This document shows positions 1 through 12,649 of a stretch of 64,000 nucleotides of DNA, piece after piece. Origin of the DNA: Lama glama (lineage: Eukaryota); the NCBI GenBank assembly GCA_028534125.1, contig CM052817.1:78680001-78744000 (forward strand), in the 5' to 3' direction. The notes beneath the pieces are model-generated. The model was not told the origin of the DNA, made no database searches, and saw only the letters and a list, made by a program, of their open reading frames with translations. The first letter of the stretch is position 1, and each line of letters starts with the position of its first letter. The translations under genes were made by a program, and so were the position numbers.

Positions 1-791
1 CTTTTGAAAAACATTCAGGGGTATCAAGCTCACAGCCCACAGCCCCACTTCTGAGAAAAATAAACAAAGCAGCATAAACAATCCCCTCTCCTTTGCTCTG
101 TAATCCCTCAAGCATGTCTGGAGCCCTTCCCCCCTCATTCTGAAACCACTCCTCAAAATTCTGTCGAACACCCTGCCCACCCACGCTTCTTACTTCCTGT
201 CTCTCAAAAAGCCACGCTTCGCTGCCCCTGTGAGGGAGACATTCTGGGGACCTGTCTCTGCCGAGAGGGGCAGCCTGAGGGTGCAACAGCTGCCTGCCCT
301 CTTGTCCTCACCTGCTCACAAAGACAGCTGTAGCCGGCCTTCTTGGAAAAGCTGGGCTCTTTTCTCACTCTGATTGCTTTCCTTATAAAGAAACCTCCTA
401 AAAAACTCCCCCCTCCCCCCAAAAAACCAAACACGTCCTTCAGCTGTTACCTAAGCAAACTCTACTGGGGTGATAAGCAGAAGTCAGGGAGTCTGGGAGT
501 GTGAGACTTGTCCCCACCTGCAGATGAGGGCTGTCTGCTCTCTGCTGGACCTAGTACCGGAGTCATCCCGGAAGAACTGACCCAGAGGAAGAGCCTGAAT
601 GGCGGGGAAAAAAAAGTGAGGTGGGGCTTTGAGCAAAGAGAATTTACAAGCAGAAGATAACTTTTTATAAAGACACAGACTGTCCTCAAATGCACAAGTC
701 GTTCCAAGTGGGAATCAGAAAACAACTGTTCTAGTGGTTGCTAGATTCAATGGGAAATGGCTCAGCATAGGTTCCACCTCAGCTGACAGCT

Positions 792-863
792 CTACTAGAC
801 AATATTATTACCTCTAGACGTCTTAGTGCTACTGGACAGTATTAGTACTACTGGAATGCAGTA
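792..863. repeat. Degenerate ~19-bp minisatellite, 4 units
   Basis: Units read directly: ctactagacaatattatta / cctctagacgtcttagtg / ctactggacagtattagta / ctactggaatgcagta. Confidence 0.65.
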
Positions 864-1557
864 CGGGGGTGTGGGTAAACTGTGGGCATCAGGGTGCTTT
901 CCGTGGGAGACCAGAAGGTCTGTCTTGCCAGTTAGCACTCAGTCAAAACAATGAATCAGGATATTAGGTTATTGGAGAAATTCAGGAACAAGAACCAAGG
1001 AGGTAAACAGGCCAATGTATTCAGGTGCGGAGCTGGGTTAGAGTCCGTTATCACATCTTGGAATCAGCCATGAAGGTCAGGAGTAAGAAAAACTCTTGTT
1101 CTCAGAACCCTGTGAGATTAGACGCAAGAATTTCTTTCTTGGGCCTTTCCTTCCAAAAAAGGGTCTGTATCTACGAGTGGAAAGTTGTACAGAGCTAAAC
1201 CATTTGTTCCCACCCCACTGTTAGGAAAACCCCATGTGGGGAGTAAGATGAGGCTTAAGCTTGTTGCTATGAGCAGCAGAAGGTGGAAAAGGTCAAAGGC
1301 CTTCAGTGTGATCATCTAATTCCCAGGGCCTTTCTCTGGGTTCACCTATCACAGTCACAGAATAGACATGTTGGAGATCAAAGGTCTTGTCCTGGACTGA
1401 AAATTCTTTCTGACTCCTCACTTTGATGGTTAGAGGTAGACAGCAACACTAAGTTGGCCAAAAAGAAGAGAAATCAAAGTAAGCATGAATGTAGCAGGTA
1501 CAATAGATCTGAAGATACTTGGAGGGGCTCAATGAAGTAATCATTTACACATGGCAC

Positions 1558-1692
1558 ATATATCTATATTTATAATGTTCCAATATATATTATATATTAT
1601 TTGTATCATACATTATATATGTTCCAATATATGACATATGTTCCAATATTTACTTCTTGGAACATATTTACTTATATAAAATATATATATAT
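1558..1692. repeat. AT-rich low-complexity tract with repeated and inverted ATGTTCCAA motif
   Basis: atgttccaatat at 1575, 1619 and 1638; inverted copy ttggaacatat at 1657; flanked by (TA)n. Confidence 0.8.
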
Positions 1693-3289
1693 GAATTAAG
1701 TGAAAATCGCAGTCAATCTCTGACCTGGAGTAATTCCCTCAGTGAGCATGATTTCATCCCTTTGTCATTTGTTAGCAATGTTGACCAATGAAAGGATGAT
1801 TTGAGATCGTGCATGTGTGTGGTTGAACAAAAGCACTAAGTCGTATTGGATCAGAGTCTGGAGACTTTAGCAAAAATGTAACTTCCCCGGGAAGGTCTTT
1901 TCAAGTAGAGCAGATTCTGGGGTCACGCTGTGGACACTGTCCTTTAGACAGGATTGCTGCGTGGCAGGTGATGCTTGTGCAACTCTGGAAGCTCTGTTTA
2001 AAAGGTGCTCTTTGACTGTTCGTCTGTGAATTTAAGATCATGAAGTCAACTTTAGTCATACTTAGAGCTCAGATATGTTGTTTAGGAATATTTGTACATC
2101 TTTAGTCATCATCTTTATGCCCTGACTGGGGAAGAAGTGTGCCACCTTGGGCCTGGATTAATCGCCTTGAAGATGGCAGCGTGTTGTTAGGATAGAGATT
2201 TCTGCAATAAAATCTCATAAGGGAATTCCACTTTCTCAGCTCAGACCTTAACCTGAGCACACACTTCATAAATTCTATGGGAATTGTCACTACAATTGCT
2301 GCTAAGCACTTGCAGAATCTTGAAGGTAAACGTGCTATGACTTGAAGACAAATCTGTTGCATCAAGTAATTTGAGGGAATGGAAGAAATGAAGTAAAGGG
2401 TCATTCAAACGGCTGTATTTTCAGAGTAGCTGTACAATCTACAGGACAGTGCAAAGACTTACACCATCTGCAGTGAGTTTATTTGTGTCAAACACTCACA
2501 ACTACCAACTGCCGCTCATATTTTTGAGGCGAAGAGAAAGTGCATTCTTGCCTGTCTCACTGATGAGCAACTCTCCGGGATGTTATTGCTTGACTGCCGA
2601 CTGCGCACCAGGAGTAGACCCACTATTTCTTCTTCACCCGTGACTTCTGTTCTCTCTTGTGGTGAACGTCCTCCTACGGAGCCCACGTCTCATCTCCTCA
2701 GCCTTAGCCGTTGGGTCCCCAGGTTCTGGCTTTTGGCTTTATACCGTTTGCATCACTTTCCACAACTCTGCAGAACAGCACTGTAACTTCTGACTTCTGA
2801 TGTGTATAATATATAGATGTATAATATTCACCTGCATAGTCCAAGCCATTTGATGAAGCATGGCTCACCTGCAGCTTACCTGTAAGAGCAGACTTTCTTT
2901 GGAATAGGAAAGACACTTAAAGACAAGAGAAATAACATCATCTCTCTCTCCTCCCTCCCTGCTACTCACAGTATTGGGGGTCCAGTATTAGGATCTTCTG
3001 TTTTCCTGCCACAAGAGGAGGCAGATGTGGCGGCGGGGTGGCTGGAGGAGCGTCTTTTCTTCCGGATTCAGAGTGCATGAACATTAACACTGCAAAGATG
3101 TTAAAGCAGCAGGTGCCTTTTCAGAGGCAGCTCTCTCTCCTAGCCCATCCAGAGTCTGGGCTGTTAGCTCCCTTGCCTGGAGCCTTCGTCATGGCCAAGG
3201 CCCCTGTGTCTCCTTCACCCAATAATCTGTCAGAATTTTACTAAATCATGTTTGAGGTTGTTGCTCTGAACACTCCCAGAATTTTGTGT

Positions 3290-3405
3290 CTAGATTCCTG
3301 AAGTGAGGGAGTCTGGTCTTCAAATCCTGGCTTTGTGATTTTGAGCAAGATGACTTTTAAGCTCTTTGGGCCTTACTATCCTCAGCTGTAAAATGGATTA
3401 TTATG
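3290..3405 (+). mobile_element. MIR SINE fragment
   Basis: ttcaaatcctggctt...tgtgattttgagcaag...tcctcagctgtaaaatgg resembles the MIR core. Confidence 0.7.
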
Positions 3406-6400
3406 GTGGTGGTTATTATTATTATTATCACTATTGCAAGGTGATGATTAAAGCCTATAAAGTAAGTAGAACAGAGCAGGCATTCTGCCAGTCAGCGTGG
3501 GCAAAAGAGAACATTCCCCTTCGCGGAGAACAGACACAGCGGTGAGGATGTCTGAGGGTCCTATGAGGCAGGGGCTACGCTGCCCTCACCTGCAGGCCAC
3601 CCAGAGTTATATAAAGGTCATCTTTGGGGTTCTAATAGCAGTCGTAAACTTCTTTTTGAGCTAGGTGTGTGTTATCTTTAACTCCTCAGGACATTCTTGA
3701 TAAAACTTACTTCCTGGTCCTCATTGTACTATGAAAATTAGGGAGAGCGGCACCCTCCCAGGGCCACCGGGGGCACCAGCACAGTCACACCGGAGGGCAG
3801 GTGGTCTCTGAGGACAGAAGCCTGTGAGGCGCTCTCAGCCACGGCGCTGAGTGACTGCAGGACAACTGCTGGAAGCGGAACTCCTGGGGGCACATGACAC
3901 AGCAGCCTTGGGTTCTCAGATACAACTGGGGCGATAACTGGAGAGGCACTAATTTCTAGAAATTAGGCCAAAGTAACTTGAGCCAAAGTTGGGGCAAAAG
4001 AGGAAGTACCTCCCCAGGTTGTGGTGTCAGGCGCTGGGTCGGGAAAGGAAGCCTTGCACTCGGTTTAATTGCCCCATATTCATGCAGAGCAAAGGGGCCT
4101 CCACAGCGACAGACACGGCCTCTCAATCTTGTCAGAGCTCTCTAGGGAAGCCATGGGTGCCCGGGGTCATCTCCGTCTGCCAGATCTTCAGTGCCCACCA
4201 GAGACCTTTTCTGGTGGTGGGGGGATTATAAAAATAACAGAAAAGCTGTGAACATTTAATGTGCTTCTGGGACTTCTGTTTTATATTTCACTTTATTTGC
4301 CTTTCTATGTATGTGTGTCTGTGTGTGTATGTGTGTACACATACACAAAATATACATAAAAACACAAGTACACATATAAATACATTTACACAAAACATAC
4401 ATAATATGGAAGTTTCAAATTGTTTGGTCTTTAATAGTATGAAGGCTAATGAACATTTTAAATAAATATTAAAAGGCTAATTCACTCGGTTTTAAGAGGG
4501 GAAAAAAATAGCCTTCAGAAGATTAATTCCGGAATGGGAAGTGTTTCTGCGGGAGAGTGCATTCTCTGTGAAGATAATTTGTGGCTACATTCTTAAACTG
4601 ATTGATGCCAAGATAGAAGTGATTTCTTTGGCAAAAAACTGTAAACACGGTCACCCAAGGCCTGGGAGACTTTGAAGTGAAATGCTGAATTTAATACATT
4701 GAATGACACAGCATCTTTGTTTTTACGTGGAACATTTCAATAAGATATTTACAGGAACACATGGCTTGCATGACAAAATGTGTGTGAAAAAGCTCTTAAT
4801 AATTTATTCCATTTGCTGATGCAAGTTGATACAAACTCAAGGGCTTTAATGAGAACTGTAAGCTGTTTTTTGAACATGGGTTGAATTTGAGGGAGAGAGA
4901 GAGAACAGACCGATGAAGCCACTAAAAAGTAGCAGGTAACTGCGGAAGTTAGATGAGTGGGAGCCCCATCTTGGACTGTGAAGCGTCCCGACAACCTACA
5001 GCTTCCCACGCAGATCGTAACCTCCTCCCCCGCTCCCTCCACCGCTGCCTCGTGTGGGAGTTTATCTTTTCTAGTTATCACTATGGGGAGGGTAAAAACT
5101 ACTTTTATAAAAACTACCTTCATGGTTACTGAAAGCTGAGGAGGAATAGTTCACTGATCGTGGGGCATGACTCATAGTTTAAAGACTTAACTAGTAAGCA
5201 TTTATAAGATTTCTTAGGGGCTAGATTTTTTTTTCCCCTCGTAGAAAGATTACTTTCATTTCATCCACATCATCGTGGCACTTTCTGGATGAAATGTTTC
5301 ATTTAACTCTTTGAGTTCAACCTTTTGCCAGGGCATAGAGAATGTTGTTCGTTATTTCATTTGTGCTTCCTTTAAAAAGTATTTTCTTCTTTTCACATAG
5401 AGGTCTTTCAAAATTGGCCACTGGGTGCCAAACATTCAAAAGAGTTGCTAAAGAGTTTCAAAGTAACAGAAGACGTGTAGATGACAGAAATGCACGTCCA
5501 CTTGGGCTACACACTAACTGATTCATGTGTCAAGGACAGTGCTAGGACTTTGGAGACTTGGACTAGACGGCCAATCCCCCAACCTGGTGCATGAAAAATT
5601 AAGAATGGATAATGATTTTTGTGGGAAACTTTACCATGACTGCTTTTCTAACCCTTTAATTCGGGCAATTAAAATGCAGGGAATTTTATAGAATCTGGCA
5701 TGAGAAATGAGCCTGGTGGTTAGATGTGAAAACATCCATCTACACTTCCTATGAAGGGTGAGGATGTTTCTTTGGGGTACAGTTCCCACAGCACAGTGCA
5801 GTGACCCAGGGGAACTTCAACTTGTGCTGAGTTTAGAACCTACTCTGAATATTGCCTTAGAGAAACACACGCTCTCATGTAAATTTTCCACCTGTGAGTC
5901 TCTCCTTTCTTCCACAAACCATTTGCTGAAAAAGCTCCAAATATACTTATAAATAGATTAAGTAAAACATCAATTTCTACAATTTCAGGAGACAAGCATT
6001 CAAAGGAAAAAGAGGAAAAAAATTCCATGAGCCAAAATATTAAGATAAAGGAAATTTAAACCCCGTAGAAAAAAATAACAATTTCAACAAAGAATCCTCT
6101 CAAGCAGATTATACTCTGTAGCTTATCTTTATGTCCTAACATAGAATAACATTTCCTCAGTGATTTGACATTAATGTATTGCAAATTATTAAAAATTCTG
6201 TTAACTTATTGCTTTTATTTTCAATCTGAAAAATACGTATTTTAATTTATTTTCCCCAGCTTTGTTGAGGTATAGTTGACAAATGAAATTGCAATAGATG
6301 TGGATTGAATATTTCATTTTTCAGCTTCTGCTAATGCTGGTCATAGGATCTATAAACTAGTTTATTGGTACTATTGTCTGTGGAAGCACCATATAGAAAC

Positions 6401-8168
6401 ATAGTATAAAATGTACACATATCAGCATAGCATAAGATGTGTGTGCGCGTGCACATACATTTGCACATGTGTATGCTTATGTGCATGTGTGTGGTGAGTT
6501 GTGCATGCATAACTCAAGAGTGCTTCTGGAAGGATATGATTCCCGCATGATAGGCAAGGAGAAGATGACAGGTGGGTAGAGCAAGGTTGAGACAAAGAAA
6601 GCAAACCTGGCGATGGAGGCAGTGCCTCACTCATCCCCAGGATATTTTTAGTTCCCAGAAGCCTCTGGGGTTGGTAGACACAAACAGCATTCAACAGATT
6701 TGGCAGTAAAGGAAGCTGGATATTCGCAGATTTACCCTCTGGTTTATCTGCTAGCTTCCACTTGTTGTTTCTCCTCATTATTAGCAAACTTAAACCTACA
6801 GTCAACCATCGCAGCCACTGGGATTCCCAGCATTAAGCTCAAGTTATTGAAAACTAGCCCTTTGCGGATAATCTTAAATATTCCTTTCATGAAAGAAGAA
6901 AATCTCTGGGATATCTTTTACAAAGTTCCAGTTGAAAATCTCAAATTGATTTAATTCATTTATAGGTAAATTGTTGATAAAACACATTTCCTAAACTGAT
7001 ATTCATATAAACAACAAACAAACAAAGGCTTCATGTCTCCATTGATTAAAGTGATACTTAAATGGAATTTCCCCATTTAATACTGAAGTTTCCCTTTGCT
7101 CAATCCTTGGCTTGGATATTGTTTGTCTTAGTAGAAAAATGGTGTCTGAGACATATCATCACACTTTGTTAAAGTTGGTCAGAGGCTATTGGATGTCACT
7201 GTAATTATCTCAGAACTCTTCCTGTTGGCATTATGTGGATGAGCTAAAGCATTTCTTGGCTTAAGTAAAGCCTCTCTTGGCTTCAAATGACTATATTACC
7301 TATAATCTAAAAATGTCATAGCAGATCGATAACAGGAATGAAAAATTGTCACCTGGCTTCAGTTTTTAAAAACATGTCTATTTCTGCCTGTTTAAATTTT
7401 TTAAATGTTTGCTTTAATTTTATATTCCCCCAAAGTGATTTTCCCCCAAATCTTTTACAGTCATTATCTATTCATATCTATCTCATTTATATGTAATATT
7501 CTGGAAATCTTAGCTCTTGTTGGCTTTTTTTCCTCATCAACTTTGTTTATTTTAAATACTTAAATGTCTTGAAACATGTAAGATAAAACGATGATGCATA
7601 CAAATGAGTGGGGGGGAAATGTATCTTTGAAACTGCCTACACAGAGTAACATTATTAACTAAATGCCTCTCTTTGGAGGGAGAGAGAAGGTTATGTAATA
7701 GAAATAGCAATTTATTTTTTGTCATTCATTCATTCATTCATTTACTTAGCCAGTCTCTATGATCACATACTGTTTGCCAGGCACTATTCTAGGTGGGAAC
7801 CAGAAGCAAACAAAATGAAATTCCATGCCTTGGTGGAACATAAGATTAACTGGAGAGACAGAACATTAGCAGGGAAGTGAAATGTAGAATGTGTCAGATG
7901 GTGATAAATGATATGCAGAAACGTAAAACCTAGAAGTGGTGGGGGTGTGGGATTTGGTAGTTAGAAGAGGCGCTACTGATGATGTGATGTTCAAGCCAAG
8001 ATACAGGGGAGATGAGGAAGTGAGCATGTGGCTGTCCAGAGGGGACTGTTCCAGGCAGAGGGAACAGCAAGAGCATGGCCCTAGGAGGGGGTGTGCTAAA
8101 GGGAGAGAAGAGTAGAGGTTGGAGGGGTAGGAGGGGCAGATTGTAGAGGGCTTCTTGGCCTTTAAAGG

Positions 8169-8385
8169 AGAGATTTGCAGATACTATTTACTATATATAA
8201 AATAGATAAACAACAAGTTTATACTTTATAGCTCAAGGAAATATATTCAATATCTTGTAGGAACCTATAATGAAAAAGAATATGAAAAGGGATATACGTA
8301 TGTTCATGTATGACTGAAACACTATGCTGTACACCAGAAATGGACACAATTGACTATACTTCAATAAAAAAGAATGCAAAAAATT
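8169..8385 (+). mobile_element. 5'-truncated cetartiodactyl/camelid L1 3' end
   Basis: atataaaatagataaacaacaag...gactgaaacactatgctgtacaccagaaa...tatacttcaataaaaaa; flanked by tttaaagg at 8161 and 8386 (putative TSD). Confidence 0.8.
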
Positions 8386-8403
8386 TTTAAAGGCTATGGG
8401 AGT

Positions 8404-8530
8404 GGGGAGGGTCTAGATCAGTGGTCAAGTGCATGCTTAGCATGCACAAGGTCCTGGATTCAATCCCCAGTATCTCTATTTAAATAAATATATAAACCTA
8501 ATTACCCCCCCTCAAAATAAAAAATTTTAA
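8404..8530 (+). mobile_element. Vic-1-type camelid tRNA(Ala)-derived SINE
   Basis: tRNA-Ala-like head ggggagggtctagatcagtggtcaagtgcatgcttagcatgcacaaggtcctggattcaatcccc, then taaacctaattacccccc and A-rich tail; shared with copies at 20104 and 22000. Confidence 0.88.
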
Positions 8531-9454
8531 AAAGCTATTGGCTTTTACTCTGGGAGACACTGACAGACATTTGATAGTTTTCAGGAGGGGAAAAACATAA
8601 TCTGCTTTTGTTTACAAAAGAATATTTCTAGTGGTTATGCTGAGAATCAACTCTAGGGGACAGAAGTATAAACAGGGGACTTGTCAGGAGGCTATTTAGG
8701 ACCAAAGATTCAGACCAGGGTCGTATTGGTGGGGTATAATCTGAATCCCAGTAGGATTTGTTGATGAAATGGACATGAGATATTAGACAAGGATAATTCA
8801 AGGATGACCTCAGGGTTTTTGGTGTGATTGGATGGAGTGTGTTAGTAACTGACTGGTATGAGTCAATTCCTGAGATGAGGAAGCCCATGTGAGGAGGAGG
8901 TCGAGTTGTGATATATTACAGTTAATATGCATCCAAGTAGAGCCAGTAAGTAGGTGGCTGTGTTTATTAGCTGGGAGTTAAGGAGGGCAGTCCAGGTCAG
9001 ATGTACTGATGTGGGAAGTATGTGCATATGGACGGGCACTTAAAGCCCTGAGACTAGATGACATATTGTGAACACAGTAAGTACAGCAGAGAAAAGACCC
9101 AAGAACTGAACCCCAGGGTGTGCCAGTGTTAAAAGGATGGGGGAAAAAAGGAATCAGGGGAAGAAGGCCGGCAGGAGTCTACTTAACCAGAGGGTGTGGT
9201 GCTCTGGAAGGCAAGTGAAGAAACTAGATCCAGGAGGAGAGAGGATCTGACAAGTCAAGTTACCTGCCTGAAAATTCCCCACTGGATTTTAAAAAGTGGA
9301 GTTCATCGGGTGACCTTGACAAGAGCTGTTTTGTTGGAGGGTTGAGGTGAAGGCCAGATGGGAAGGAATGATGGAAAACACAGAAGAGTTTGGGTGTCAA
9401 GACAAGTTTTACTACTAACGGCATTCCACTGTTTAGTTGACCCCATGAAAATTA

Positions 9455-9790
9455 GTAAGAGGAAGGCTCACTTAAGATGGAGTCCTGAAGAGGGAGCTGT
9501 CAGGCTCCACCCCTCATTGCCATCACAGACAGCAAACGGGAAGAGACCCACCCTGCATCTCCAGCTGGAGGAAAGAAAATTTTCCCCTTGACCAGCAACA
9601 GCCCCAGCCAACGAGAAACTGTCACCACCCTGACCTCTCACTTTCCTCCAATGCACTTCTGTTCAAAGCAGCCCCTCTCAATTTCCTCCCTTTTCTCCAT
9701 AAAGTTCCCCTCCCTTTCTGCCAGATTTGCCAATTTGCCTATGGTTTTTCTGTAGCCTGCATGTCTCAAATTGCAATTCTGTTCTTCTCT
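9455..9790 (+). mobile_element. ERV1-class solo LTR remnant (MER34/MER39-like)
   Basis: cacttaagatggagtc near start; ccagcaacagccccagccaacgagaaa; ttgcaattctgttctt near end. Confidence 0.55.
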
Positions 9791-10929
9791 GTAAGGCATG
9801 AGTGTGCAATGTAAAGTTACTAATGGTTTTGTAGAGGAGACTACAGGAGAACTTGCATCAGGCAACAGACAGTCTTTCACTCCAGAATCACATTAAAATT
9901 ATCTCTTTCTCTTTTGATGACCAGCCTTTGGGTCTCCCTCTCGCCATCTCTCCCCTGTGAAGTCTTGTATCTCTCTCTGCACTCTTTTTAAGCAGAACAG
10001 TAGAGCTCTCTGTCCTCCTTCTCAGTTTATCTCTGGTGCAAATCTACAGCCTTGGAAACTCCAAAGAGGCTTCTCAGAGCCTCAACCCCAAAACTGAATC
10101 TCCCCCAAGGGAGATGTGGAATGTGGAAACTTTTGGAATGTGGCTAAGAAAATAATTTTTTATTTCTTATTTACATGTATATTGATATCCTCATATCAAT
10201 TTCCAAATAGTACTTTATAAAAATTTCTCTAGATAAAACCACATGTAAATAATTACTCTCTCTGTCTAGAAGAACTTTCAGTTAAGAGGCCGAGCTACCA
10301 CAAAAATCTTTGAGAAGGTTTTCCGAAGAGCAAATCTAAATCACGCACAGAGAGGGAACTCACATAAACAATTTTTTCTTCTTCAATTTCCAGAATGAAA
10401 ACCTTGAAGTGGTGGAGAGAGGTTTTATGATTATATTTTATGACGATTATGGAAATAATTAATTGAATCAAGAGTGGGATATGCATGGTTTGGCCCAAAA
10501 GAAGGTGATGTATTTCCCAGCCAGAAGAGTGGGAGGGGACAGAAAAGGAGGAAGAGTTCCTTTCTCTGTGGTTCAAGACTTTTCACTGCAGAAGACAAAA
10601 CTGAGAAACCTGATATATAAATTTACCTATATTATTAACATTTACTTCTCTGTCCCATTTGATTAAAAGGAGTTAAGGGTAAATGAGTAAAAGGAATTGG
10701 ATTTGCATAGAATTTAAATTTGTGGTCTTTCTGTTGCTGGCGAGGATATTTTTAATGACATTTTCTTAGCTTTATTCATGCTGTCCACTGCCTTCTATGC
10801 TTTCTCAAATCCACTATATATTCAGAGTTGCTGTAAGAAGGTAAAAAGGAAAATCCAAGTGATACACATCAGTCTGAGGATACACAGCTTCACCATGAGG
10901 GGCATCCAGAAGAGTATGGTGGACTCTTG

Positions 10930-11255
10930 ATTTTTCTTCCCAGGTTTGTTGCGATATAGTTGGCACATAACATTGTGTAAGTTTATGGTATACAGCATAC
11001 GATTTGATATATGTGTATACTAGTACAAAATGATTGCCATCATAAGGTTAGCTAACATCCATCACTTCATAGATTTATAAACACTTTTTCTTGGGATGAA
11101 AACTTTAAGATCAACTGTCTTAGCCACTTCCAACTAGACAAGACAGAATCTCAACAACTATGGTGTACATTACATCCTCAGGACTTCTTTATCTTATATA
11201 TAAATAAATTTATACCTTTGACCCTTTCACCTAATTTTCCAATCACTGCCCACCA
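10930..11255 (-). mobile_element. L1MA9-like 3' UTR fragment
   Basis: gatatagttggcacataacattgtgtaagttt...aggttagctaacatccatcac...gtacattacatcctcaggactt...tacctttgacc resembles the antisense L1MA 3' end. Confidence 0.8.
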
Positions 11256-12015
11256 AACCTATAATTTTTAGGAGACAAAACTTGTAGGGGAAGTTAGGCA
11301 GTTTGGGGGGAAAATATCTTTCAACATTTTTTGTCTGTAGTTACATCATATTTTGAATTTTATCACATTGATGAGATTCAGACTTGAGGAGTGGGAAGGT
11401 ATCAACCGATCTACTGACTGAAATGAGCACTCCAGATATTAGCAGGCTCCAGTACTGACCACAATAAGAAGCCTTGCTAGTGTCCATGTGTCAGAATGGA
11501 AACAGCACTGTGGTCGTGGCTCAGAACACCCAAAGCACAAATGATGCCTTAGTCACAGGTGTCCCTGTTCCTCACTGACAACACAGGAAACTTGGCTAGG
11601 ACACACTTGGATTTGCAATTTAAATTGTAGGAAATTAACTTGCTTGCTGAGAAATATTCCTATAATCAGGAAAGATGTTTATTTTCTAAAATTAGCTTTT
11701 TTATTCTTTGGGGGGAAAAAAAGATTTGGGCAAGTTTGTAGTCTTTTTGGTCTGTCTCCTCCATTCCTTATAACTATGATCAAATGAAACAGGCTAGTTA
11801 CCATTATTAAGAGATCATCCTGGCTATCAGAGACATCTTTTAGTTATGATAATAAAATCTTGTTACAACTAGGTGGGTGGGGCTTTTAAAAGTCAAGATT
11901 AAAATGCAGGGTGGTGTCCTGCAGGATTTGTGAATTGCCTGTTGGATTTACACATCCAGTTGACAAAGGAGATCAGGAGGCATAATCCAAATCCCCTGGG
12001 TCTCAACCACGGTTT

Positions 12016-12033
12016 GGCACCACCTGGTGGCAG
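12016..12033. promoter_or_regulatory. Candidate CTCF site, palindromic core CCACC-T-GGTGG
   Basis: + strand CCACCTGGTGGCAG and - strand CCACCAGGTGGTGC each match CCASYAGRKGGCRS at 13/14. Confidence 0.55.
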
Positions 12034-12649
12034 CTCTCCTCAGCAGTTCAACTACCAAGCGGTGGGCCGTCCGGGAGACACCCAGTGATTTCCAGGAATC
12101 TTCTGGTTGTTTGTCCCTTGTTTTACTGACCCTAACTGGGTTAGACTGGGCTAGGAAGGATGCAGAGATCCGCTCTTCACTTTATCACCTACTTCTCCAG
12201 ACACTTTGGCCTGTCATTTCCAAGATAAGAACTTTTACCTGTTCTTTGAGAAAATAATAGGAACCAAGTATCAATTGCTTCATACAGGAATTTGCACTAT
12301 CTTGGTACCATAGTGTCAAAGGATTTTAATTTAATTGGAAATGTATGGAGAATTGCAGAGGGCAAGGACAAATTGTGAGGCATGGTGTTCCCAGTTTGAT
12401 TTAATGTTGAGAGTGGACAGCCAGCACAATGACAGGAAGTGCACTGTGTCCTGGACATGGGTTCCTCATAGAAGTGGAATGCCTCTCCGCTTCTCTTTTG
12501 GTGTGAAATAATCAGGTCAACACCGCAGCTCACTGCCTGGAAAGACTGAACACAGGGCCCCTGGGATTGTTTGAATTGACCCTTCTCTTGAACATCTTCT
12601 ATAGTTCCTTACAGAAAATGTTTTGTTTTCTCACTGTTAAAGTTACTGT

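Larger units (their letters stand above)
7722..9360 (-). mobile_element. L2 (L2a-like) LINE 3' portion, interrupted by younger L1 and SINE insertions
   Basis: Starts with (cattcatt)n, the reverse complement of the L2 tgaa tail, then tgccaggcactattctagg; purine-rich L2 body continues after 8530. Confidence 0.8.

Noticed and set aside
792..863. CRISPR-like array
   Set aside because: The units are contiguous and degenerate, with no unique spacers or cas genes, in mammalian DNA.
4305..4400. Hairpin tgtgtatgtgt-gt-acacatacaca and alternating purine-pyrimidine tracts (also 6436-6495)
   Set aside because: Abutting degenerate (TG)n/(CA)n microsatellites produce such palindromes routinely; there is no evidence for a miRNA.
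8404..8480. tRNA-Ala(AGC)-like sequences (also at 20104 and 22000)
   Set aside because: They have stem and box mutations and are followed by the SINE body (taaacctaattac) and an A-rich tail with TSDs, so they are Vic-1-type SINEs rather than tRNA genes.
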